Assembly: GCF_964204645.1 (NCBI RefSeq)
Contig: NC_134031.1
Span: 1,364,001 to 1,428,000 of the forward strand
Source of the DNA: Tubulanus polymorphus
Lineage: Eukaryota; Animalia; Nemertea
DNA length: 64,000 nt
Direction: 5' to 3'
Positions 27,203-40,689 of this stretch are shown here, piece by piece. Within the stretch, counting starts at the first letter, position 1. The number at the start of each line of letters is the position of its first letter. Made by a program: the position numbers and the translations under genes. The notes under the pieces were generated by a model. That model was not told the DNA's origin. It worked only from the letters and a program-made list of their open reading frames with translations, and searched no databases.

Positions 27203-30200
27203 GCCTTGTTCAAATCCTTCTTGAGAACCTGTGAAATATTCAGAATAAAGAAATACACTTCAATAACGTCATGATACGCGCAGTAATACGTTAGTAGAGA
27301 GCGTCGGCTTTCAAAACGTGCAGAACTATTGTTTTTGAACTAAAGAGTATAAATATTTTTATATCCTAAGACTAGTCTTAAGTTATTAGATTGGCTATAG
27401 AACGAAGGTGGTCTTAAAATGGGCCCTGAAAATTTGGGCCCTATTTGCCGGACAATAATTAGCAAAATGGCATTCAAAAATAGTTGTCGACATTTAACAG
27501 TTTAAATCATTATTGTCATTCGTGCTTGACATTAGAACGATTGAAAAAATGGAATCGAGAAAAAATGAATTTTTCAAATCTAGAAATTAGAAAATATATG
27601 ATAAAAATGTAGCGTTTAATGGATGTATACATCGAAAGCGTTGTGGTACCTTTTCTTTTTGCACCTAAATGAAATAAATGTTAAATCAATAGGAATTTAG
27701 AAAAGAGTTTATATGATTTTCGCAATGTTTTTCTTGTTACATTTCACGAAAAGAAATACGCGTACCGGTATCTCCCGCACGGATTTTAGTCACTGGTAAA
27801 TCATTCTTGTCGGTAATCCAACCTGTATCCGATCTCCAAACCTGATCGTTAGCATCACAGTTACACGCTAAACCCGGTCTAAAACAGCTGTCAGTCATCC
27901 CGCAAGCGCATTTCCCGCTGAACGAAGCCCCGCCCCAGTTATATCTCTTCTGGCCGTCGATATTCTCCCAGTATGTGATGTGGCGAGTTTCTGAACCGGC
28001 AGAAATTGTAATAGTGGCGCTGTAACATCTCCAGGTCAGCTTCTGTTTACAGCGACTCGATTCAGCTTTCAAATCCATCAGGTCGTAAAGTTCGATGTGT
28101 TGATATCTGATTTTTTGTTGGTATTCTCCGGCCCCCTCGTAGCCGGATACCGCAACTTCCTTGTCTTTGAAGTCGTGATCTACAAAACGAAAATCATGAT
28201 TCGAAAAGGGAAAATAATTCAGGACCCAGTTCCAAGATATGAGTTCTCAGAACTACGCTTTGCTGAATTGAGGAAAGCCCTTAGTTCACCTCAAACCAGA
28301 ATTGTATTTTTCGCAGATGTAAATATATGATTGAAATATAATCATTATCCTTACTGATTATAGTGACCCCGATTCCGCCCTCCATTTGCATATCACACGT
28401 AACCAACATGGCCAAACCTCCGATTAGAATTTCAGCCAAACAATTATCAACCATTCCCAGAGATTTCCACGATTTACAGGAAGTTTGCACTGAAAAAGAA
28501 AACACAAGCACAAGCGATAACATCAACAACTGAGACACAGAAGATTCATTTAAATTTCACAACAAAACATCGTCGGCATAGGACGGAAATCTACATCAGA
28601 ACTTCAATCTTAGATATTTAAGTGTCTCAAGTTTCACGTGTAATTTCCTACATAAATTACTTGCACATTTATTTGTGCGAATCCATGGATATGATTTACT
28701 CACAGGGTGTACAGCTGTACCGGTGACATTTCTCAGTTTGCCTGGTATCACCAGAACAGGGTAAGGTTTGATAAAGAGTTGAATTCAGTTGACAGGATCG
28801 CTGTCGATTACGGATTCCACCGCCACAGGTTACAGAACACGTTTCCCACGTGGCCCACGCACTCCACGTTCCTTCAACTATCAAAACACAAATAAATCAG
28901 ATTTTCTTTTTCTAATTTCGAAAATGAGTAATTATTCATCGTACTTTCTTAGATTAATGAGTATTATATACGGTGACTAGTATGGATCTGGTCTAACTTT
29001 TTCTGAGGAAAACACTTGATAAGTTTATGTAGATACGTGTTAAATTCCTCTAAATGATAGATAGAAGCTACTTACGCGGACAGGGGTTAATGTTACATTG
29101 TACGGTTTCGTGTCGCGGACCGACGCATTCTGTACCACCGTGAAACGGCCCCGTGCACGTGCGATTTCTACGAGTTCGACCCGTCCCGCAACTCTTGTCA
29201 CAGGGCGTCCAAATCGACCACTCTTCAAATCGACCATCCACTGCGGCAATAGAAAATATATTAGTATCAAATACATAAAGTATAACAATCACGTTGTTTG
29301 TTGCTAAAAGTAGCTGAACGTCGGTTACACATTTTCGTTCCTTTAAGTTCTATAACCGTTATGTCAAAAAGTTTTATTTCTAAATCTAACAGATGCTGTA
29401 ATTCATGAAAAAAAATCCGATATCATTCTGTTTCACATTCTCATTCACAACATATACAGGTGATTTAGGTGAAATATTTCATATTGATGAACATTGAGCG
29501 CAGTGATCTGAGAGGGGTCGGGAAGGAGGGGGTTAAACAACGCTAGCGTCAGGGATGCGTGCGACAGGGGGCGCGCGTGAATAAATCAACAATAAGCGAC
29601 ATCTATTGATGAACCTTTGCAGTCTGGGTTCGCGCATATAGCCGTCTGGTCGGCTGGTCCAGCGCATGGCTGTTCATTATTAACGAGACATACGCGTGTT
29701 CTGGAGCGCGTCTGAAACCCACAGGCGCCTGCGCAATCAGACCAGTCAGACCATGGTTTATAGTAACTTGCAACTGTATTGAAAATCATTAAAACGATCA
29801 CAGTTCGAGCACCAATCCATACAGAAAGATAGATTTGTTAAAGAATATATTTCGGAACTCGTACCTGGACAGAGATGTGTATTGCAGGTAGATATCTGCG
29901 TCGATTCTCCGATGCAGTCTTTACCGCCGAACCGCGGTGCAATACAGACCCGGAATCTCTGTTTGTATCCGGTCTCACAGGTTTTATTGCATTGACCCCA
30001 ATCGCTCCACATTTCCCAAAATCCATCCACTACAACAGCAAGTAATACACATAGCCAAACTCCCTGGTTAGCCATTAACCATTACATATTACATTAAGAA
30101 ACCATGCACAGAGCAGAGCCGTCGGAAGGAATTATTCAGTGGCGAGGCTTATTTCTGAAGGATGGTCTGGGGACGGAGATGCGTTTTGGGGCCATTTTAC

Positions 30201-33200
30201 GGTCTCATTCACAGAAGCATGAGAAGTCGTGAACCAACCACCTAGTACAGAGAACGACCAGCGGTACAGCGGTACAGCGGTACAGCGTGCTTTTGAAACA
30301 ATTTTTTGTTATGCAAAACAGTGGGGCGGCTTTGCAGAGTATCGGGGTAGAAAATGAAAGAATTATAAGATGAGACAAATCGATGATATACGAATTTCAG
30401 CACGTGATACCTGGACATTCCTGTGAGTTACATTGGTCAGACTGTTCACGTGACCCTAAACAGTCGATACCTCCGTGAAACGGCCCGATACAATGACGAT
30501 ACCGTTTGGAGATTCCTCCCCCGCAGGAGACAGTGCAACTACTCCATTGCGACCATTCGTGAAATATACCATCAACTGAAAATAACATCCCAGAAAATAT
30601 TTACAACCAGCATAAAATTGTTCTTTTTGAAAAAAGTATGATGGTTTCTTTCTAAAAAAATATCCATCGACGAAAATAAATGAAGTATTTCAAAATGATG
30701 GTTGCACTGAAGTAATCGTTGGCGGTGTCTGTCAAACGAACCCGGACAGTTGTGGGTGTTGCATTGTTTTTCATCTACGAACAATCCTTGACAGGCGATA
30801 CCGCCGAAATATGGTCCATCACAAGATCTATTCCTGAACCTGAAACCACCTCCGCAAGTCTCGTTACAACTTCCCCACGACGACCACTGCGAGAATTCAC
30901 CGTTCACTGAAATATCAACAAATTCTTAGCGTGAATAAATCGCGTTAATCATGTGAAAGACTAAATAAAAAGCGCATAGTTGAGATAATCGACCTGGACA
31001 TGGTTTTATCGTGCAGTTTAGCGAATCTTTCATTTTCTGCTTGCACGGTTTTCCACCGTAAAACGGCCCGACGCACGAGCGTAGTCGATGTACTTGACCC
31101 TGGCCACATGATGCGCTACAGTACGTCCAAGCTGACCATTCAGACGGTACCCCATCCACTAGAGAAATAATAATTATACATTCATGATTATAATCTGAGG
31201 ATTTTGATTGTTTTATTTCTCTAAACAGAAGAATCTTTTTCGAATTATACTTAGCGATGATGACAATACACTGAATAGCGAAATATATGTAGGTAGCCTG
31301 TGTAAACGTTTCTACAAAATTAAGCAGCATTTATTCATTTTTATCAAAAACATGCCTGGACATTCGAGTACGATGCATTGCCGTGTTTCGTATAGACTAC
31401 CCGGACACTGGAGACCTCCGTGGTACGGTCCTATACATGTACGATTCCGTGACTGTTGTCCAAATCCACACGTTTGACTACAAAGCGACCACTGACTCCA
31501 ATTGGTGAGAATTCCATCGACTAGAAAAGCATACATTTGCGACATATTTTCGTGCGGCTGGCGAATAAGCTCAAGATGGTTTGAGGCCGTGCAAACATCG
31601 AAAGCCAAAAACAAGGAGAAATTTAGATATTCTTTCATAAGCAACTGAATTAAAGCATCATGGAGTATATAAACATAGCGTTCAAGCTAGGTAGGAAATC
31701 TTACTGGCACACGGATCCAAGTTGCATTCTTCTATATCGGTGGACTCGCCCTCGCAGGACCGACCACCGTGATATGGACCTTCACAGTGTCGATCGCGGT
31801 GTCTCGTGGCGTTTTTACCACATGACTCGCTGCAACTGCTCCATAAACTCCACTCTAACCATTTACCATCAACTTTAAACAACATATGAACATGTATCAT
31901 TAGCAAAATCAACGTCAATTCAATACAACATGGATTAAAGATGGAATAACTGATAAGAATTATTTCAATTCAATTTCATGAATATTTCACCTGGACATGA
32001 GAAGTTATTGCACGGTTCGAATTCTTCTTCGGGGCCCTCGCAAGATTTGCCACCGTGTTTCGCGGGCGTACAAATTCTGTATCGTCGCGAGGTTCCTCCT
32101 CCGCAACTACTGTTACAATCCATCCAACGAGACCATTCACTCCAAGCACCGTTTACTGTGTGAAAAGATAAATCTGATTTAGATATTGTACTGGGAGACA
32201 CGTGCAAAAGATGTTCGCCAGGGCATGAGACTTTTTTGTTCAAGTATACAATGGATCCATTTTTTCCTTTTTTTCATTACTTTTTATAACGTAAAATTCA
32301 TGTAACTGTTGTCATTTACATAACTATCTATGATGTGACTGCGTTTTTTAGTAAAGAAATAAACTAATGAGGATAGTATTTTTCTATCTAGAGATTTTAC
32401 CTGGACAAGGGTTGTCATTACAGTTCTCACTGTGGACTGTATCCCCCGAACAAGGATTACCACCGAACAGTGGCTGGTTACATGTACGCCGTCTCAGTCT
32501 GTGGCCTCCTCCGCAAGTTTTATCACAAGTTTCCCAATTAGACCACGCGTTCCACGTGCCGTTCACTGAAACCATCATGAGATCATTTTTACAAAATTAG
32601 ACGATATGATATGAATGTTAAATCTAAGATTCGGATGATGATTACCGGGGCAACCGTCAGTATTGCACAGTTGTTCATCAATTGTGGATCCTGTACAGTT
32701 ATTCCCGTTATAAAACGGTCCGATGCATGTTCTGTTTCTAGTCCGGGTCCCGCCTCCGCAGGTTACCGTGCACGACTGCCACAAAGACCAACTTTCGAAT
32801 ATACCGTCAACTATTAGATAATCATCAGCAATTAATTAAGATTAATATTTACTGTATTGAGAGCTGTCGGGGAGCTGGGTGAAATAAATAAAGATAAAGA
32901 CAAATAGTACTTTGAAGGCGAACTAAAATCATCGTAAGCTTTCACTTCAAGTGTATCATACCCTTTTATAAGATGCATTTAAACTCCTACTCACTTGGGC
33001 ATTCGATTAAATGGCAATATATCTGTTCGAACAAATTTCCTATACACGGTTTACCATTGTGTTTGGGGGGTGTACAAACTCGGGTTCGAGCCCGAGTTCC
33101 GTTACCGCAACTGACGCTACATGCCTCCCAGACACTCCACACACCGAGAACACCGTCAACTGCGAAATTTATTACTAAGTAACTTTATCATTTTGTAAAA

Positions 33201-36200
33201 AAAAGTCGAAGAAATTCATGGGCTGATTCTGTGGTTAGTCTGGTGAGTTAGAAAGTATCGTCGTTATTGTGTTTACCTGGACAGGGGTGTAGGTTACAGA
33301 CTCGATGTTCGGTCGCGTTTCCCACGCAATCATCGCCGCCATTCGCTTTGCCGTGACAGACTCGCAGACGAGTCTGCGAACCACCGGCGCATTGCTCGCT
33401 ACATTGCGACCACGATTTCCATTGCTCCCATTCTCCATCAACTAAACACAGCAAAAACAGCATTAAATCACATTCTAATTGATTATCGAATACAGAAAGT
33501 CGGATAGATTTTGAATTGACACAAGAAAGATCTGAGCCTGAAGCCCGCACACAGGTATCATCCTAAGCCTGAACCGTGCACGCAGTATCATAACCTCGTA
33601 AGTTAGCTAACGACATTATAGCTGCCATTTTTTAAACTTCGAACTATCTTTATACCGATATCGTACTAACTTTTAAGTGCAGTAAAATATTGTGCGTTTA
33701 TATGTATTAGAATTTTGGACTCCTCAGAAACCGCCGAACACTCGGGGGTGATTCACAATTCAAGAGAATGATGATAAGGGAGGGTGTTATTAGTGAATAG
33801 CGACCACACTTGACTTATTCAAAATGAGAAGTGACTATATCTATTCCTACAAAGCAAATAACATGATATTTGAAATATCCACTACATTTGTGGCTAAACA
33901 TACATTCTACCAGACAACACCAGTCTACAAGCTACCATACTTACCATTCTCAGTTACAGCATACTTTTATCTGAGCTTATGTTATTTCATCAATGCAAGT
34001 GTTAAGGTTTTTTTTAAATAATTTATGATGTAAATCACAGTTTAAAAAATATATCGAAATTAAAATGCGCGCTACAAAATCCTTGCCTTGTTTAAAAATG
34101 TGACACCAATCATTGTAATTTTCATGCATTCAAATCCTGATTTACACGATCATATGATTAGTAACAACAATAACAACATTTTAGATTATTGATAATATAT
34201 TTGTTATAAGAAAATATATAAAATTCTGAAATAGTCAAATTGTGACTTAAATGAAGTGCAAATACCTGGGCAGGGATGTGTGTTACAGGATTGTTGATCG
34301 GTCTCGTCCCCGGGACACTGAGCACCGCCGTAAAACGGACCGTTACACTGGCGACTACGAGCCTGAGTTCCATTACCACACGACACCGAGCACTGATCCC
34401 AGCTTCCCCATTCATTCCAAACACCATCGACTAGAAATTGATAACGATCATTCAGCGTGCAAACACTTTTTCAGGTGGTTCTTTGGGTCCGGTTCCTCAA
34501 AAGTCGGTTAAACTCTAAACAAACAGTTGAATATTTTACCGACTTTTGAGCTACCGGCCTCAGGGCCATCACCAAAGAATATCTAATCTCCAAACTCCAC
34601 AAATGTGTATTTTGTTAGTCTTAGGTTAAATGAACAAAACTTAAGGTGAGTTTCTTTTTCTCGAGATGGAAGGACAGCTTACTTGGACAGTTGACTAGTT
34701 CACATTCCTCGGTGTCTGTATCGTTACCAGGACAGGCATTTCCGCCGAAATACGGGCCATCACATTGACGAGTACGATAGCGAGTTCGGTTTCCACAGGT
34801 GGCGCTACATTGAGACCAATCACCCCAGTTCAACCATACACCATCAACTGATTAGTACAGATAGAAATATCAATGTAACACGGGGAAATATAGGAAAACA
34901 TAAATGCTATGAATTTAGTAGGAAGACGAGACTTACTGGCGCATGATCTGATGTAACAGAATGCAGTGTCTGTGTTCGATCCGGGACAAGCTTCACCGCC
35001 GTGAGCCTGGCCGTAACACTTACGGGTTCGTGTTTTAGTTCCGTTACCGCAGGTATGACTACATGGATCCCATGAACTCCACGGTTCCCATTCTCCATTC
35101 ACTATTTCAGATGATAAATACCTCACATATCTTATTATGAATATGATTATTGAAATTCTGGCAGAAACAATGGCTTTGACATTTCTTCACGATCCTTGAC
35201 CTGAGTGATTTGACTTACACCTGCCACATAAAAACCGTAAATATAAAGATTCAAAGACTAAAATCTGTTTAACAGATTTTAAACTTTGAATATCGTTGAA
35301 TCTTCATATTTTGAGTTTTTTGCATATAAAATTCAAAGACCTGACACTTCGACAAACCTGGACATTCTCTCAGTTTACACGGCTGTTGTTCCTGTTTAAC
35401 GCCCGAACATTCAGTGCCGTTGTATCGCGGAGGTTCACAAGTTCTGTTCCTCGTTTGAGTCCCGTTTGCGCAAGATACGCTGCAAGCCGACCACGTCTGC
35501 CATTCGTGGAAATAACCATCAACTGCGAATAGATTTGGAGATTAATTAGAATTGAAAACCCTCAGAACACTTAAAGCCGCTTCAATTCAATGAGACGCCT
35601 ACAGCTGGTCTCCACAAACAAGGAAGGTACTGTTTAATTCACTTGAAGAAAAATCACAATATGAAGACGAACTAAGAGAGTAGTGACGTTTCGAATCGAT
35701 TCTATCAGGCCATATTCTAAACTGAATCGATTCGATACGTCAAAAGATGTTCTCCTAATATCTCTTTATAATGTGAGTTTTTCTTCAAAAGACGTGTACA
35801 ATCATGGACTCTAAAACGAAGAGTCCATGGTACAATCTAACACTGGTAGTTTCATAGAAACAGCTCATACATTTCATCATAGTTTGACAAGTATTTGAGG
35901 AGCTACTATGACTATTGTTTGAGAGTCCATGTTGTGACTTCTACATTAAGAGACGACAGATTTATACCTGGACAGTGATGAGTATTACAATCACGTTCAT
36001 CACGACTGTTACCAGTACAATTCTCTCCTCCGAATTGGCCATAATTGCATTCACGGACTCGAGATTGGCGTCCAGTACCGCATGTTTTATTACAAGGTGT
36101 CCACGGCGTCCACTGCCTCCAATTTCCTTTCACTAGAAAATATCGAATATTTTACATCAAAAGATTTTATAACAAAACTTGTAAGAATATCATAATATTT

Positions 36201-39200
36201 GGAGATAGTTGCATAGTCATGGCTTAGATTAAAGGCCAGTCTCAGACCTTCTTTTGGACCTAAGTCGCGACTGTGCAACTGGACCCTATTGGTTTTATGA
36301 TTATTTACCAGGACAGTTATGCGTATTACAATCTTGTACCATAGTCTCGTCTCCTGTGCAGTTATTGCCTCCGTAAAAGGGTCCGTTACACGATCGTGAT
36401 CGCTGCTGTTTACCGCCATCGCAATCACGATCACACGCTCCCCACGCCGTCCACGCGTTCCAAATACCATCGACTACAAGTCAAACAATCGATGATATTA
36501 CACAAATAACTGATTAAAAAAACTGAAAAATTTAACTATTCATGTATGATGTTAGATTTAATATTAATTTAAAGACCCATTGTATACAAATTTAAAAGAT
36601 TAAAAACGGAATTTATTTTTTCAAGAATTAAAATCTAAATTTAAGGGACCCGATGTCACAACTGACGACAACTTTTTCTATACTGAGTTCGAAACATTGT
36701 GTCTTTTTATCTCCTTTTTTAATTCTTGATAAATGAATTTCAATTTTGATCTTTTGAACTTGTATATCATAGTGGCTCCTAATCGTATCAAACAAATACT
36801 TCGGTCTGATCGTCGCTCTAGAAAAATAGAATATTTCCTTTTATGTATTTCATAGATATGTCTACTTACTCGGACAATAGTGAGTGTTACAAAGTTGAGT
36901 TTCATTTGACGAACCGTCGCACCATTTACCATCATGTTGAGGAGTTTGACATTGACGAGTTCGAGTCTGTGAACCGTTACCACACGACAGACTACACTGA
37001 CCCCACGTACTCCAGACCAACCAGACACCGTCAACTTTATATACATACATATCAATTTTCATAAAACAATCATAACTGAAGCCACCTTTCGAAGCGAATA
37101 TGTGTAAAGCAAAGCGTAGTAGATTTACAAATAGCATGACATCAAAAAATCGTATAAATTCATTTTCTTAAAATCATGTGCGATATGGAAAAATAATGCG
37201 TGGAAATTCGAAATACGTTAGTAACATCAGAAAATTGGAGTTTTCAATTCTCCATTTGTATGTAAAAGACCCACAGTATTGATGTTTAACGACGAATATT
37301 CTGATAATGTGATGTTTCGGGAGCGAGTTTATGGGTAACAGTGGACTACACTTTCGGGTAGAATGTTTTTACAGGAAACATCAGATTATTCAGAGATTTA
37401 TTTGAAAAATGAACGTCAAAACTTAATAATACATATTTGTCATCAATCTTTAATATCGTGGATATTTTATATACACTTCATAGGTTGCGACATGTCTCAA
37501 TTGATTTCGTTTCTTTTTACTGTTAAGATGAAGTAACGACATATATTAAAATCAAATACAGTTCATTTAGAATTATGTTTCATCGAAATGTAAATTTTTT
37601 AACCAGTTTGTAGAAATTATTTTTAATTATACGAATTTTATACTTTATTAAAAGTTGTCAACATCAAATCTTGTTCTTAAATCTGATCGAATGTGAATGA
37701 TGTGGAAATGTTACTGTTTGAAGAGGTACCCGCTGAGGAGGTACCCGCTGAAGAGGTACCCGCGAGATGTACACGGCACTAAATCGAGATTGTTGAACTT
37801 ACCAGGACACGGTTTAATGAAACACGGTTTTGATTCGGTGTCGATCCCGGGACACGGTGTTCCTCCGTTTGTAGCGGAAGGATAGTCGCACTTGCGCGTG
37901 CGCAGTGACGTACCGTTACCGCATTGTTGATCGCAAACTCCCCAACCGGACCACGTGCCCCAGATACCATTTACTGGAAATTATTCAAACTAAGCATCAA
38001 TGATTTCTAGAATAAGATGATTGATCGAAGTTCGTTCTATATCGAATGGAATAACATCGATATGAACATTTCATCTTATTACGAGATTTGCTTTTATTTG
38101 TTTCACACGGAAATTGTAGCTTCCGCGAAAACCTACATTACGAAAGAAGAGAAAGAAATATTTCCTTGAGTTAATAGGTTATTAAACTTTTGACCAAATA
38201 GTCATCTTCACGAATACTGAGGTCATGCATTTCACTCGTTTTTCTGTTTTATTGTGGGTTTTTAGATTAGAAAATGGAATGAGAAAAAGCATCAAAATGA
38301 ATAAAAGTTTGCAGAAATGAAATACTCACCGATGCATTGAACTGCGGCACCACCGGTACCATCGGTACAAGTCTGCTTTGAACGCCAACCGTCGTGTTCA
38401 CAATTCTGAATCGCTATTTCATTTCCTTTACACTTTATACCAGACATTATATAGGGTTCAGTTCTAGGACCGAATAGGGCATCAGCTTTGTCAATTACTT
38501 TAAAAGAGAGAACATAGATAGTGTACACGTGATAGCCGTATACGTGAGGCTAAGTCTAGGTTCCGAAAAGGGGAACCTTTACTTCTTTTGGTTTTCAGAT
38601 CAACTTTAAAATTTTTCTCTCTTAACAACAAGTCTCAAATTCGTTTATAAATATAGTTTCGTTATCTCTTTATCTGTTTTTGTATTGCGTCTTTGACGTC
38701 ACGATGTAAACACATTGAATGAATCTAAAAGATGGACGATGGACGTTACCTTTGAACGAATCATTCAATCCCAGTTGACGACAGACGACACTAGCGTCAT
38801 TCATATCCCAGTTCTTATTACAAACTTGACCCCATCTCTTATCCACATCGTTATAAATCAGAACTCTTCCCTCTCCGTAAACTTTACCTCCAACGAGCTG
38901 TATCGGGACTGAAATTAAACCCGCAGTTTTATTAGATTACCTCATTCTCAATGGAATCTTCCGAAACATTGGGATTCATCATTGTTACCGTTGCTACAAG
39001 TGGTGACCTGACACGGTCCGGATTCTTTCGAACCGGCCAGACAACCTTGGTCTGATGGTTGAGCGCCGTTTGGTCCGACATGTAGACATTGACGAGTCCT
39101 GGTCCGTGTTCCCGGACCACACGTTGTATTTGAACTGCAATCTCCCCATGTGCTCCATTCATCCCAGACTAAAAGAAAAATAACAGAAGCAGTTGAACGA

Positions 39201-40689
39201 CGTTTGAAAGCAATAAGTTTGAAAACCAGTAGTAAATTTAATTTTTAACGTTTCGACTGTATCCCAACACCCGAAGTCGTCTTCAAAAAAAGATGAGAAA
39301 CAGGTAAGTTTTAGATTCGATGTTACATTTACCTGGACAAGGGCCTTCTTGACACAGGGCGATTTCAATCGGATACCCGTAGCATTGTAACTGAGTGAGT
39401 GTAGCATCGGTGAGTTTATCCTTACAAACTCGCGAACGAGACTTCCAACCAACTCCGCAACTTACAGAACAAACCGACCAATCAGACCATTTATCCCACT
39501 CTGGATTCAATGCTGTAATTATTGAATTCAATTATCGACTTCAAGATTTCAACTTATGAAAATGAAACCAAATTTCTGGCATTAAAAAAGACTATTTGTA
39601 ACATATTTCAAAATCACATATCTTTACTTAAGCTTAATGCCAAGATGATGACCATTACATGAAATATGATATAATATGTGCTATGATTACCTTGCGTGTC
39701 ACAGTTCTTCCCAGTCCAATGACTACTCGGGCAAACACACTTGTAATCCAGTCCATTGCTTACATCATCGATACAAACTCCACCATTCTTACACGGATAC
39801 CGAGCACATGGTCCCCATAATTCCTAATTGTTTTAATGTGTAAAAGAATAAAATGTTCTTTGGTATTTTTTACCCAAGCGAATTCTTTGTTTTAACTTAG
39901 AAACCTATCATCGTCAAACTATTTTCCAGGGGTCAGTTGCTCAAAAGTTGGTTAGAATCGTGGCCAAACACCATCGTAGAAATGCAATTCAGTATTTCTC
40001 CACCAGTTAACTAACTATAACCAACATTTGAGCAACTGACCCGAGTTATATATCTATATGCTTACGTCAGGAGCGATGAACGCATCTTTCGGATACAGAT
40101 CAAAATGAGGCGCCGTCTTGATGCTGGTTTTCTCTGCTTGGGTTAGAGCTGTTTTGTACATGTGACACGCGTGTTCATCTTCACTGAACGCAAAACTTTC
40201 ACAATCCATGTCCTTCTTACAATAAGCGGCACATTGCGTCGCTATATAGGTATTGTCAAATATCTTATATTCCAAGTCGGTCATTTTCGACGCCTTAACG
40301 ATTTCGGCTTGTTCATTGACGGTTATTTCATTCCAAATAAATCCAGATTCATCGAACATCGGAAGCTTTTCGATGGTCGTACTTCTGACCGATCTAGTCG
40401 TGTGTCGTCGGGTGGTTTTAGTGGTCGGGGATTTACTAGTGAAATGTGTACTTTGAGCGCTCGAATCATTCGTCGATGATTCATTCGTGAATCTCTTACC
40501 GATTGGTGATTCAAGATTTTGCCCGTCTGGTGTTGTTTTGCCGGTCGGAGTTTTGCTGGTCGATGTCGATGTTGTTTGGTTTTTTTCTACCTCTGTAGTT
40601 GTGAATGTTGATGTTTCCTCTGCCGCTAAACTGTTCAACTGCACCAATATCATCACCAAAATCTTCAGAGCCAAGAACAAACTACCCAT
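27170..40689 (-). CDS. Large secreted protein: signal peptide, Thr/Ser-rich region, PAN/apple, EGF, 2 TSP1, SRCR, 22 TSP1, CNTNAP/neurexin-IV-type fibrinogen-like C-terminal domain (~31 exons)
   Basis: MGSLFLALKILVMILVQLNSLAA; CAAYCKKDMDCESFAF..C (PAN); CARYPCKNGGVC...YKCVCP...WTGKNC (EGF, ~39691-39823); QLVGG...EGRV...WGQVC...WDMNDASVVCRQLG and IKCKGNE..I.NC.HDGW (SRCR, ~38330-38908); 24 ~165-bp exons with WxxWxxWxxCxxxCGxGxxxRxRxC; CACGMTDSC...CNCDAND...DTGWITDKNDLPVTKI..GDT and last exon GSQEGFEQGYWSLGPLICY* (27170-27228). No transmembrane helix seen. Confidence 0.85.
35644..35787. mobile_element. Decayed Penelope-like fold-back element with degenerate hammerhead motif
   Basis: Inverted ends TGAAGAAAAATCACA / TGTGAGTTTTTCTTCA; minus strand CTGATA-GAATC-GATTC-GAAA-C-GTC at ~35685-35706. 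Confidence 0.45.
36570..36780 (+). mobile_element. Decayed fold-back element with hammerhead-like motif; related copy at ~52110-52410
   Basis: CACAA-CTGACGA-C-AACT...AGTT-C-GAAA-CA-TTGTG at ~36657-36711; arm TACAAATTTAAAAGATTA shared with ~52125 and inverted against ~36720-36765. Confidence 0.45.
39242..39291 (-). ncRNA. Hammerhead-like motif with variant core (TTGAAGA)
   Basis: Minus strand TTTTT-TTGAAGA-C-GACT...AGTC-GAAA-C-GTT-AAAAA inside a short TSP1-gene intron. Confidence 0.45.
39930..40042. mobile_element. ~113-bp MITE family B; related copies near 1071-1195, 4947-5073, 19136-19217, 34486-34560
   Basis: 25-bp TIRs GGGTCAGTTGCTCAAAAGTTGGTTA / TAACCAACATTTGAGCAACTGACCC with one mismatch. 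Confidence 0.75.

Noticed and set aside
26868-27234. ORFs MVTWSIDLLLIL... and MDQVTNISNRS...
   Set aside because: Alternative frames of the 33-bp repeat; the real frame is the third minus-strand frame ending LGPLICY*.
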